From the NCBI RefSeq assembly GCF_001194135.2, contig NC_068987.1, forward strand, positions 77,945,827 to 77,988,038: a stretch of DNA of 42,212 nucleotides. The letters run 5' to 3'. A program made the position numbers and the translations under genes. The stretch's first letter is position 1; each line of letters begins with the position of its first letter. Below, piece after piece: positions 12,197 to 24,296 of this stretch. The notes below the pieces were generated by a model that was given only the letters and a program-made list of their open reading frames with translations, searched no databases and was not told the DNA's origin. The stretch comes from Octopus bimaculoides (taxonomy: Eukaryota).

Positions 12197-12932
12197 GTAG
12201 CAAACCTGTAATGAATGTCGACCAATATCTTAATTTCCGTTGACAAGATAAATCTTATATTTCTCGAAAGCATTATTTCTCTGTTAGCCATTTTCGTACA
12301 TCATAAGTAATGAAAATCAGAACCAACTTTAACTGGGTTTCCATCACAGATGATTACAACCAGAAACTACATACAGAAATGAATTCAATCAAATGTTATG
12401 TCTAAACGATACGCTTCTCTTCTTCAGATATTGTCTTCTTATGTATGCAAAAGGGTTAAAATTTACGGTGCTGGTAAAATAAAATTCATCACGTTCGTCC
12501 TAGTAGTGTAAATAAAAAGAAATATCAGATTGTACTAGGAATCTAAGCTACAAATTAAACATTCAAAAAGTTGTACCAGGTCTCCTCACCCTTTTTCTTA
12601 CAAAAACTCAATATCACCGAACTTTCAGTAATGTACATTTGTTATCATCTTCGTCGACCATTTGCATTATATTACTATCTATCCATGTTAAACTCATTGG
12701 AATTTTTGTGAATATTTGAACATTTGATCATTTAAACATGTCTTCCCGATTTTCCCTTTGTAACTTTAAACATTCCTAAATCCTTCGTTTATCTATTTAT
12801 TTGTACTATCTATAAGCAAAAAATTGTCGAAGCCGGTTTGGTATTTGAAAAAATCGAAAACAAAACTTATAAACGACTATACATCTTGAGATTCAGGTGC
12901 ATTTTCAGATACCCACCAAATTCTCGTATACT

Positions 12933-12977
<45 letters not shown>

Positions 12978-13704
12978 NNNNNNNNNNNNNNNNNNNNNNN
13001 NNNNNNNNNNNNNNNNNNNNNNNNNNNNNNNNNNNNNNNNNNNNNNNNNNNNNNNNNNNNNNNNNNNNNNNNNNNNNNNNNNNNNNNNNNNNNNNNNNNN
13101 NNNNNNNNNNNNNNNNNNNNNNNNNNNNNNNNNNNNNNNNNNNNNNNNNNNNNNNNNNNNNNNNNNNNNNNNNNNNNNNNNNNNNNNNNNNNNNNNNNNN
13201 NNNNNNNNNNNNNNNNNNNNNNNNNNNNNNNNNNNNNNNNNNNNNNNNNNNNNNNNNNNNNNNNNNNNNNNNNNNNNNNNNNNNNNNNNNNNNNNNNNNN
13301 NNNNNNNNNNNNNNNNNNNNNNNNNNNNNNNNNNNNNNNNNNNNNNNNNNNNNNNNNNNNNNNNNNNNNNNNNNNNNNNNNNNNNNNNNNNNNNNNNNNN
13401 NNNNNNNNNNNNNNNNNNNNNNNNNNNNNNNNNNNNNNNNNNNNNNNNNNNNNNNNNNNNNNNNNNNNNNNNNNNNNNNNNNNNNNNNNNNNNNNNNNNN
13501 NNNNNNNNNNNNNNNNNNNNNNNNNNNNNNNNNNNNNNNNNNNNNNNNNNNNNNNNNNNNNNNNNNNNNNNNNNNNNNNNNNNNNNNNNNNNNNNNNNNN
13601 NNNNNNNNNNNNNNNNNNNNNNNNNNNNNNNNNNNNNNNNNNNNNNNNNNNNNNNNNNNNNNNNNNNNNNNNNNNNNNNNNNNNNNNNNNNNNNNNNNNN
13701 NNNN

Positions 13705-13736
<32 letters not shown>

Positions 13737-13954
13737 GTTTATGTTTGTGTGTCTGTGTTTCTCCTCCATCCACCGCTTGACAACCGATGTTGGTATGTTT
13801 ACGTCCGCATAACTTAGCGGTTCGGCAAAAGAGACCGATAGAATAAGTACTAGGCTTAGAAAGAATAAGTCCTGGGATCGATTTGTTTGACTAAAGGTTG
13901 TGCTCCAGCATGGCCGCAGTGAAATGACCGAAACAAATAAAAGAATAAAAGAAT
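13705..13954 (+). mobile_element. family-B SINE 3' half after N gap 12978-13704
   Basis: (GT)n then the typical body ..gataagtactaggc..ctccagcatggccgcagt..aaagaataaaagaata. Confidence 0.9.
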
Positions 13955-14366
13955 ATACACATTTGACAAAATATCCTGATAATCTCATAAATCGCTTAAA
14001 TGCGATGTTCTACATAAACTTGTAAATTTTTGTCCGTATAAGTGTCTCAATAACCAGTGTAGTACCTGTAGTAATTTCCCATTTAGCTGACTCATCGATT
14101 CAGTTTCGAATTTTGGTTACAGTTATTTTGCGTATTTTTCTTACGCACATCAGAAAGGCTTGGCATTCTTAGCTCACCACCACTCCACATATGAAATTTA
14201 ATACTACCGATTACATACTGGCGTGTATCTCTATATTCACAAAAGATCGAGGAATCGAACTTATTTAATGGGTACCCGAAACAAAAAATAAAAAAATGAA
14301 ATTTCTGAACTATTTTTCGATGAGTAATAAATCAAATCATATTGACGTTTTTCACAAGTAATATTA

Positions 14367-14862
14367 CAGTAACCTGTCGACTATCGCGGGTGTTACGTTC
14401 GAAAATGCCCCGCGATACGTGAAAATATGTGAAGTAGAAACAGTATGCACTGTATANNNNNNNNNNNNNNNNNNNNNNNNNNNNNNNNNNNNNNNNNNNN
14501 NNNNNNNNNNNNNNNNNNNNNNNNNNNNNNNNNNNNNNNNNNNNNNNNNNNNNNNNNNNNNNNNNNNNNNNNNNNNNNNNNNNNNNNNNNNNNNNNNNNN
14601 NNNNNNNNNNNNNNNNNNNNNNNNNNNNNNNNNNNNNNNNNNNNNNNNNNNNNNNNNNNNNNNNNNNNNNNNNNNNNNNNNNNNNNNNNNNNNNNNNNNN
14701 NNNNNNNNNNNNNNNNNNNNNNNNNNNNNNTATATATTTTTAATTTTTATAATTTGTATATATTTATTTTATTATAAATGGAAACCAACACCACGAAGGA
14801 ATCGACATAAGCTTAAATGATAAACCGTGACAGGTGAGTCACGATATGGAGAGGGATTACTG
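14367..14862 (-). mobile_element. pogo/Tigger-like MITE interrupted by N gap 14457-14730
   Basis: TA|cagtaacc...gggattactg|TA. Both halves align to the reverse complement of 26-242. Confidence 0.85.
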
Positions 14863-15907
14863 TAGTGGCAAAAACATAATGATATACAGAATTTCCAGCT
14901 GTGGTTATACTTTCTTTCTCATGTATTGTGTACCTATGACTACATTATCCGATTGTTCCATTTTTTTAAAAGACACTAAAATGTGATTTGAAAGTGTTTT
15001 GGCTGCTATTTCTAATCTGTCAAGCAAAGATTTAGATGCTCCCTGTTAAGGTTCAATTCATTTGGTATAAGTATGTATAGAAAAATGAGAAAATATTTTC
15101 TCTTTTTTGTACACCATACTTCGCTAGAAATTAGTTGCTTAATACTCAAAAGTATTTTACTGATGTTTTTATTTAATGTTATATGAAAATCAGAAGTTAC
15201 TAAATGAAGATAAATATTAGTTATTGCAATTATGAAGTGAAACTAAGTTGACAGTATTTTTAAAAATTTAATTTATGTAAAAATGCATCATTATAAAAGC
15301 GTAGATTCATATTCTCTTTTTTGAAGGATGATGGTAACACATTTGTAAAATTTAGTTTAATATGACTAACTAATATTATAGAAGAACATTAAATATATGT
15401 AATAGCTAGAAAAATATTAGTGTTAATATACAGCTTAAGCATCTCCAAATATATTTCTATAAGATAAGAAATTAAATAAAAAACTAGCAGTGCATCTAGT
15501 TCTTAGCTTTTATTGAATCATGAATCGGTATGTCAAGAAAATTGTACTTCATAAACATTTTCCCTCTAACTGTTTGCAATAATAATTTTTCTCAATATAT
15601 ATATATATATTTTTTTAATGTCAGAATTGTATTTAAAAAAAAATATCATGACAACATAGAAATTCCAGTCATCGTAAAAACCATTGTGTTCTGTCTATAT
15701 CTGGGAGTGTTGTTCAGTGTTTTTTTGACACCCGCATTAACAAGAAGTGGGTCATTTATGTCCCGGAAACGAGAGGTTCTAACTGGCTGTAGGGTAGCTG
15801 TTCCACTTGCTAGCATCATCAGTCAGTCGGATTGCGGGTTAAATGATTTTCTATTTCTGGAGCTGACAGTTCTCCACCAAAGCTCAATTCATCGCTCTCA
15901 TTTACAG

Positions 15908-16101
15908 ATGGCGCCAAAGGCTTCATCTCTCAACAGCTCTGTCGTAAAGACCATCTTGAAGACACTGTAACGCCCCATCCAGCTATCGCTGTTACAGAGA
16001 TCATTCGCAAACTCAAGAAAGATGTAAGCTGCAAGCAAAGTCTTCACCATTCGCTTGCCCCAAGTAATTCAAGGTTACTTAAAGTTGTCAATGAGAAGCT
16101 G
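15908..16101 (+). CDS. best-supported exon of an unidentified gene (DGAKGFISQQLCRKDHLEDTVTPHPAIAVTEIIRKLKKDVSCKQSLHHSLAPSNSRLLKVVNEKL)
   Basis: Frame is open from about 15848 to a consensus CTG|gtaagt donor at 16102. Candidate acceptors give starts at 15863, 15870 or 15908. Sequence is unique and GC-richer. No family recognised. Confidence 0.6.
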
Positions 16102-16512
16102 GTAAGTGTGTTAGTGTCAGCACATTCTTGTGAGAATTAAAGTGTAGAAAGTACAGGTGGAATTAGATAGATAAACTCGCAGACCAGCGTAACACTGAGT
16201 TCCAGAAGCGATTCGATATATATATTTTTAATGTCTTGTTCAAACAAACAATGTGAACATCTTATGTAGATGATAATAATTATTAAAAATATAAAAAAAG
16301 GAACCTCTTGGCAAGTAGTTCTTGGATAAAATATGAAGTGATATTGAAATTGCTAAATAACTTAAAGGCATAAACTGATTTGCGAAATTAAAAGGTTACT
16401 AACTCAGTGCTCCTTGGCGATTAGTAATTACGGTGGGAATAAGAAAATATGCCATTTTTGTCACTGAAATTTTGTTACTCGAAGCCATTCGTGCTTGACA
16501 TTCCCTTCACAG

Positions 16513-16680
16513 ATGACAATATTGTTCGGACAAATTAAATACATGAGATTATCACTCCAAATAAGGAATTCTTTAGGAATATTTCAAACGTTATACAGAT
16601 TAATGCAGAATTATTACAACCTCGACGAAATTACTCAAATTACGAAGAGGATAATTCAGAGGATAAATGGTTATAATTAA
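16513..16680 (+). CDS. weak candidate terminal exon (MTILFGQIKYMRLSLQ...)
   Basis: Acceptor cttgacattcccttcacag, phase 0 compatible with the donor at 16101, open to a stop at 16678-16680. Confidence 0.25.
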   Translation: MTILFGQIKYMRLSLQIRNSLGIFQTLYRLMQNYYNLDEITQITKRIIQRINGYN

Positions 16681-16845
16681 AACTATATTATTTTTTTAAA
16701 TATTCTTTTCAGTATTTATGGGCTTTTATTTACTTTCACAAAAATATTTCCAAGATAAGATATTAGAAATTATACATTCATTAATACATATGAGCACACA
16801 TAGATGCTTACAAACGAACACATGTATGCGAAAGAGTGTATGTAT

Positions 16846-17700
<855 letters not shown>

Positions 17701-17880
17701 CTGTGTGTTCGCGCGCGTGTATGTGTATTTCGAAATCGGTGTTGATTCAGTTGACATAGAAGCTAAAGCATTAAGCAGACCCCCAAGTTTTTAACTGTTA
17801 TGTTATTTTATCAAACTCAAGAACATAAAAAGTACAGTCCGTCGTTGTGAATTTGAATCGTAACTAAATACCAAAATATT

Positions 17881-18095
17881 GTTTTCTACTCTAGGCACAA
17901 GGCTCGAAATTCTGAGCGGAGGTGGCCAGTCGATTAGATCAACCCCAGTACGCAACTGGCACTTAATTTATCAACCTTGAAAGGATGAAAAGCAAAGACG
18001 ACCTCGGAGAAAATTGAACTCAGAACGTAAAGACAGACGAAATACCTGTAAGCATTTTGCCGGGCGTGCTAACGTTTCTGCTAGCTCGCCGCCTT
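17881..18095 (-). mobile_element. family-A SINE, tail 2, with 17-bp TSD
   Basis: Full head to tail. Flanked by ctaaataccaaaatatt (17864-17880) and ctaaataccacaatatt (18096-18112). Confidence 0.92.
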
Positions 18096-18983
18096 CTAAA
18101 TACCACAATATTTCAACCACAATAATTTACTTGTGTTTATTATATGAGGAAGCATAGGTAACACGAATTTGTTCCTAAATCTACAAAATTAGAACAATTT
18201 TCCTCGAAGCTGACCTCAAGATTTTCGAAACGGAAATTTATATTAGATAATGCATTTCTAGATAAACATTCCTAAAAAAACAATTACGTGAAGGTCATGT
18301 AACCTCACTGGTTTTGATTATGGGTCTTGATCAGTGCTAACATGGTGATACAAAAAAAACAACAAAAAAACTATTTATAACATCGTCATTTATATAGTAT
18401 TTTTGAGGATATACTATTTATGTGAATTAAAACTAGTTTATACTACCCATGTGAAATATAAAAATTATTTTCACGAATTCACATGATCCAAGGTTCTCTG
18501 TTCATAAAGAAAAAACAGGGTGGTCACAAATTGAATTCGTTTTATTAGAGGTTTGTTCAATTAAGACTGATTTGGGGAGGTGGTGGCTAAACAACAACAA
18601 CAACAACAACAGCAGCAACAACGCTTCTGCCAGCTCACTGCCTCAAAAGCATGACTAATCTAAGAAGACAATTTTCTTTCAAGGTACTTGAATTTCTACA
18701 TGTAATGAAAGTATTAGAACTGCCGCTAACCCTGTGAAATTTTACTACCGAGAGGAGTGGGGCATCAATGCATATCAGTGATTATGGGATTGAATATATT
18801 ATAGAATTAATTATCACCTTCTTATATTCACATCTCATCGAAACCGGCTTTCCAGACGTCAAAGGTCAATGATTATGTTTTAATTATATTCCAGACAACT
18901 TTCAATCAAATATATTTCCCTACATATTTTTTTAGCATTGTGTCAACGTACTGAGTCATGTTTTTGTTTAAATTTCATTTAAT

Positions 18984-19372
18984 TCTTTTTTTTTTATTAG
19001 TTTCAGTCATTTGAATGCGGCCATGCTGGAGTACCGCCTTTAGTCGAACAAATCGACCCCAAGACTTATTCAATGTAAGTCTAGTACTTATTCTATCGGT
19101 CTCTGTGGCCGAACGGCTAAGTTACGGGGACATAAACAACCCACATCGTTCGTCAAGCGATGGTGGGGTGACAAACACAGGCACACAAACACACACACAC
19201 ACATATATATATCTACGACGGACTTCTTTCAGTATCCGTCTACCAAATCCACTCTCAAGGCTTTGGTCGGCCCGAGTCTATAGTAGAGGACACTTTCCTA
19301 AGGTGCCATGCAGTGGAACTGAACCCGGAACCATGGGGTTGGCAAGTAAGCTACTTGCCACTCCTGCGCCTA
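18984..19372 (-). mobile_element. family-B SINE, full length
   Basis: Reverse complement of the family-B model copy. Confidence 0.92.
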
Positions 19373-19512
19373 TATCTATTTTTTTCTTTCAACTATTGCG
19401 AACAAGTTTGTTTGACATTCTTGTTTTCAAGAACGTTTGAAACAGGATTTGAACGTTCGACGTTCGAGCTTTTTGCGCATACATCAGTAGTGAATTTATA
19501 TTACACTTGATT

Positions 19513-19722
19513 AAAGCGGCGATCTGGCAGAATCGTTAGCACGTCGGATGAAATATTTAGCGATATTTCGTCTGTCTTTACGTCCAAATTCCGCCGAGGT
19601 CGACTTTGCCTTTTATCCTTTTGGTGTCGATAAAGTAAGTACCAGTTGCGTACTGGAGTCGATCTAATCGACTGCCCCCTCCCCCAAAATTTCGGCATTG
19701 TGCCTAGAGTAGAAACGAATAT
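19513..19722 (+). mobile_element. family-A SINE, tail 2
   Basis: gcggcgatctggcagaatcgttagc...ttgtgcctagagtagaaacgaat. Confidence 0.92.
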
Positions 19723-19735
19723 TACATTTGTTACT

Positions 19736-19883
19736 GGGGTGGCGAGCTAGCAAAATAGATAACACGCCGGATGAAATGCTTAGCAGCATTTCGCCCATCT
19801 TCCCGTTCTGCGTTCAAATTCCGCTTCGACATTGCTTTTCGTCCTTTCGCTGGCCTTGTGCAAAAATTCGAAATCAGTATTAC
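19736..19883 (+). mobile_element. internally deleted family-A SINE, tail 1
   Basis: Head and B box joined directly to gctggccttgtgcaaaaattcgaaatc. TSD-like tattacatttgttact (19720-19735) and tattacgtttgtttct (19878-19893). Confidence 0.85.
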
Positions 19884-20070
19884 GTTTGTTTCTTAGAAAG
19901 TAAATAGCTTATATATTCTCAGAGAAATGGGATGAATTGCACGACGTTCTCAGTAACTAAACAGTTCGTGCTGTGAATGCAATGAGAAAACTTTAGTCAT
20001 GAATCACATTTATCGTAGACTGTTAACAGTACCCAGGTAGACTATATCTGTTATTCAAACAAAGACCACA

Positions 20071-20538
20071 CGAGGCTATAGCAGAAGACACTTGCCTAAG
20101 GTGCCACGCAGTAGGACTGAACCCGAAACCATGTGATTCGTAAGCAAGCTACTTACCACACCGCCACATGTTTCTGAGTTCAGTCCCACTGCGTGGCACC
20201 TTCGCAAGTGTCTTCTACTATAGCCTCGGGCCGACCAAAGCCTTGTGAGTGGATTTGGTAGACGGAAACTGAAAGAAGCTCGTCATATATATGTATATGT
20301 ATATATATATATATGTGTGTTTGTGTGTCTGTGTTTGTCCCCCCAACATCGCTTTACAAGTTATGCTGGTGTGTTTACGTTCCTGTAACTTAGCGGTTCA
20401 GCAAAAGTTACCGATAGAATAAGTACTAGGCTTACAATGAATAAGTCCTGGGATCGATTTGCTCGACTAAAGGCGGTGCTCCAGTATGACCGCTATCAAA
20501 TGACTGAAACAAGTAAAGGAGTAAAAGAGTAAAAGAGC
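20071..20538 (+). mobile_element. family-B SINE (20165-20538) preceded by an inverted copy of its 5' end (20071-20164)
   Basis: 20071-20135 is the reverse complement of 20165-20228. Confidence 0.9.
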
Positions 20539-20773
20539 ACTAATATTGTTTGGACTTGAAACGTCGTAAAAAGTCGGTACTGGCTGTAATTTCTTTGAAA
20601 GTCTGTAAAGATAATCTTAACATGCTTATGAGTTATGTAACCACTTTTTGCTGCATCGGTTCATGGTATGAATTTAAAGCTAGTTGAAAGAAAATCCGAC
20701 CACAACACTTTTATTAATCAATGGTAGAGCACATCGTTTGTGGATAGATAAGACATCGATTAATCAACCCCCA

Positions 20774-20990
20774 AAAGGCGGCGCGTTGGAAGATTTGTTA
20801 GGGTGCTGGACGAAATGCTTAGCCGTATTTCGCCCATCGCTACGTTCTGAGTTCAAAATCTCGCCGTGGTCGACTTTGTCTTTCATCCTTTCTGGGTCGA
20901 TAAATTAAGTACCAGCTGAGAGCTGGGGTCGATGTAATCGACTATTCTCCTCCAAATTTCAGACCTTGTTCCTATAGTAGAAAGGATTAA
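20774..20990 (+). mobile_element. family-A SINE, tail 2
   Basis: Full length. TSD-like gattaatcaacccccaaa (20758-20775) and gattaaccaacctcaaa (from 20985). Confidence 0.9.
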
Positions 20991-21438
20991 CCAACCTCAA
21001 AGGCTGATTTCTACGTATTATTGATTTTTACGTTAAATATTGTAATAAACAGTCATAATAAAATGTCCACATCGAAAATTTTACGAAAATAAATAAATAA
21101 ATAGAATTAAAATTTTCAGTAAACAGACAGATATAAGACAAGTTTAATGACATACCAGGAGTAAAAAATGTAAAGTAATAAAATATATAATGAAAAGCTC
21201 TTTTCAAATATTTAAAATATATTTCACCAGAATTTTTTAATACAAAATTGCTCATATTTTAAAAATTCATTGTTCTATTTGCCATATGTTTTCATTTGTA
21301 TAAATATATTTGTTCATTATTTCATTATTAATTTAAAAAATTTTTTCAAAAAAAAAAAAATTTCAATTAGAGCATTTATCATTTTTGAATTTTAGGAATG
21401 TTTATATTCCAGTCATTGTTATTTTCTTTTAATTACAG

Positions 21439-21498
21439 ATTAATTATAAAGAAGAGACGAAAAGATTACACCATCGTAAAATAACAACTAAATATTAA
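21439..21498 (+). CDS. candidate terminal exon (INYKEETKRLHHRKITTKY*)
   Basis: Strong acceptor ttgttattttcttttaattacag, phase 0 compatible with the donor at 16101. Confidence 0.35.
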   Translation: MNYKEETKRLHHRKITTKY

Positions 21499-22385
21499 AA
21501 CCACACACATCAAATGAAAATGATACATCCAAGACACACAGACTATACAACATTCTATTTTTTTTTCACTCCCTTCCTCTTTTTGCACAAGATAATTATA
21601 GGATTTAAGAAATTATGTGTTATTTAGTTTAAAAAGCAAGCGGAGTGAGACATCGTAATTGCCAGGCGAGAACGATTTGGACAGTTAATTTCTAGTTTGT
21701 TATCAAACATGAAAGTTCCTTTAACTTTTATATAACCGAGAACATACATAAAGAAATCATGTAATACAATTTTAAGCAATCACTTTCTCTCCAACCCCCA
21801 AACTTTCAGCTGTTTATTTTGGTCCAGTAGGATACCAGACAATTATTTATACATTTCTCCTTCTATCTTTTTCGTCACGCAGACATACATACATATAATA
21901 TATATATATATATATATCATATATACATAAATACACACACAAATATCTATTTATCTATCAATCTATTTTATATACGTAACTATATATATGTATGTATGTC
22001 TGCGTGATGAAAAAGATAGGAGAAATGTATAAACAATTGTGGTTTATATCATATATATATGTGTATATATATATATNNNNNNNNNNNNNNNNNNNNNNNN
22101 NNNNNNNNNNNNNNNNNNNNNNNNNNNNNNNNNNNNNNNNNNNNNNNNNNNNNNNNNNNNNNNNNNNNNNNNNNNNNNNNNNNNNNNNNNNNNNNNNNNN
22201 NNNNNNNNNNNNNNNNNNNNNNNNNNNNNNNNNNNNNNNNNNNNNNNNNNNNNNNNNNNNNNNNNNNNNNNNNNNNNNNNNNNNNNNNNNNNNNNNNNNN
22301 NNNNNNNNNNNNNNNNNNNNNNNNNNNNNTATATATATGACTGAAACAAGTAAAAGAATATATATATATATATATATATATATTG

Positions 22386-22713
22386 AGTTTCGAATGGTAC
22401 AACAAAACACTATAATACAAAAAATGGACTATATACCTTTTGCAATTTAGTTATCCATAGTCCGATGATATTTCGGAATACAATTCCTTCTTCAGATATT
22501 CTTAGATGGAGTCACTGCTATAATCGGTTTTCCAACGGCTTTTCTTTTTTCGGAAGCGTCCGTTGGAAAACCGATTACTGCAGCGACTCCACCTATGAAT
22601 ATCTGAAGAAGGAATTTTATTCCGAAATATCATCGGACTATGGATGACAAAATTACAACAGGTATATAGTCCATTTTTTTGTATTATAGTGCATAGTTGT
22701 ACCATTCAAAACT
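22386..22713. mobile_element. foldback / hairpin MITE-like element
   Basis: Inverted arms of about 153 bp (22386-22538, 22560-22713), about 14 mismatches by manual alignment, 21-bp spacer. No TSD seen. Confidence 0.75.
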
Positions 22714-23142
22714 TTTTATTCCCGTTTGACGGCCCTACTTTGGAGAGATTATTAAACCTTGTATGCTCCGTGTGAGCACTTGCTTTAATTTTCTTATCTG
22801 CACTCATTCGATAGGAATGTACCACACCCATTTTATAACCTATCCAAATAATGTCCTTTCATTTGATCTCCTTTCTGAAGAATGAGTCGAAAATACACCT
22901 GATTCCATCATTACAAAAACTCATTATTATGAGAAATATTGATAACAGCGGGACATGTTATTTATCTGTTCGTATATATATATATATGTTAGGGCTAATT
23001 TTAATCGATTATTGCCTTTTATCTCTCTGTCTCTCCCTCTCTCTCATGCACACACACACACACACACACACACACCTGTCTTTCAAGAAAATCAACCTGT
23101 GGACCTCATGCATCTGTTACATTTCATTATTAAGAAGACGGT

Positions 23143-23355
23143 AAGGCGGCGAGCTGGTGGAATCGTTTGCACGCCGGGCAGAAGACAACGGCATTTCGTC
23201 CGTCCTTACGTTCTGAGTTCAAATTCTACCGAGGTCGACTTTGCTTTTTCATCCTTTCGGGGTCGATAAATTAAGTACCAGTTGCATACTGGGTCGATGT
23301 AATCGATTACCCCTCCCCTAAATTTCAGACGTTGTGTCTATAGTAGAAAAGATTA
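23143..23355 (+). mobile_element. family-A SINE, tail 2
   Basis: aaggcggcgagctgg...tatagtagaaaagatta. Confidence 0.92.
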
Positions 23356-23523
23356 ATCTTTTCTACTCTAGGCACAAAGCCCGAAATTTTTGGGAAGGGT
23401 GCCAGTCAACTGGATCGACCCCAGTACGCAACTGGTACTTATGTAATCGACCCCGAAAAGGATGAAGGTCAAAGTCGACTTCGGCAGAATTTGAACTCAG
23501 AACGTAAAGACAGACGAAATACC
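23356..23523 (-). mobile_element. family-A SINE, tail 2, head cut by LINE junction
   Basis: Matches the SINE up to cagacgaaatacc, then switches abruptly to the LINE 3' end. Confidence 0.9.
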
Positions 23524-24296
23524 AATTTCTTTATTGCCCACAGGGGGCTAAACACAGAATGGTACAAAACAACTGATTGGAATCAGTAATGCGTATGGTT
23601 TACATAAAATATGACTTTAAAAATTATATAAAATATAAAAAATCGAATGACATTAACAGTACATTAGACAACACAAATGAAGCGATGATCAGGCCACGCT
23701 CCGACCCCACAAGCCTCAATCTATCGCTGGCACTTTTTTTTTTCCCTGACTATTCACACGGTTCCTTGCACGCACAACACTCGTGCAACATGTTTCCATC
23801 TCTTTTGGAACGTACACTCCGACAGACATCTCCTCTCCAGCCACACTTTCCTTTTCAANNNNNNNNNNTGTGGCCAGAGATAAAGTTGCCTGTCTTAATT
23901 CCTTTTATCCTCGTCTTCCATACTGCCTCTTTCGCTATTGCTACAACCGTGAGAAAACAATTCTTACCTTCGTTTGTTAAAACTCCCGGTGGGTAAATTT
24001 TTATAATTGACTCAGTCGACAGCTGTACTCTTCCTTCGCCGGACAACAGGTGTTCAGCATAATCCCACATTTCAGATATCTCCGGACACTGAACAATAGC
24101 GTGAGGGACGGTTTCCCTGTCTCCCCCGCATCTTGGACAGGTCGGCGACTGACGCTTACCGTGTCTTGCAAGCTTATCCCAAACGGGCAAGGCACCTCCG
24201 TAGCATTGCCAGGTTAAGGACTTTTGGAAGTTGTCCAACGTTCTCTACCCGAATGTACGGTGAAACAGGCTGTCCAGTTGAATAAACCCGAGACCT
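23524..24296 (-). mobile_element. Tx1/L1-clade LINE, ORF2 C-terminus and 3' UTR
   Basis: DNFQKSLTWQCY..LPV..CPRCGGDRETVPHAIVQC (zf-RVT type CCHC)..AKEAVWKTR..FQKRWKHV..TV*. Stop at 23754-23756, then about 230 bp of UTR. The 5' part is lost in gap 24297-24396. Tx1 versus other L1 is inferred from C-terminal style. Confidence 0.85.

Noticed and set aside
12892-12908. 17-bp match attcaggtgcattttca to about 42116
   Set aside because: Does not extend; about one such match is expected by chance in AT-rich DNA of this size (rough estimate).
18590-18650. PolyQ/polyN coding stretch
   Set aside because: (CAA)n/(CAG)n microsatellite with nearby stops and no splice support.
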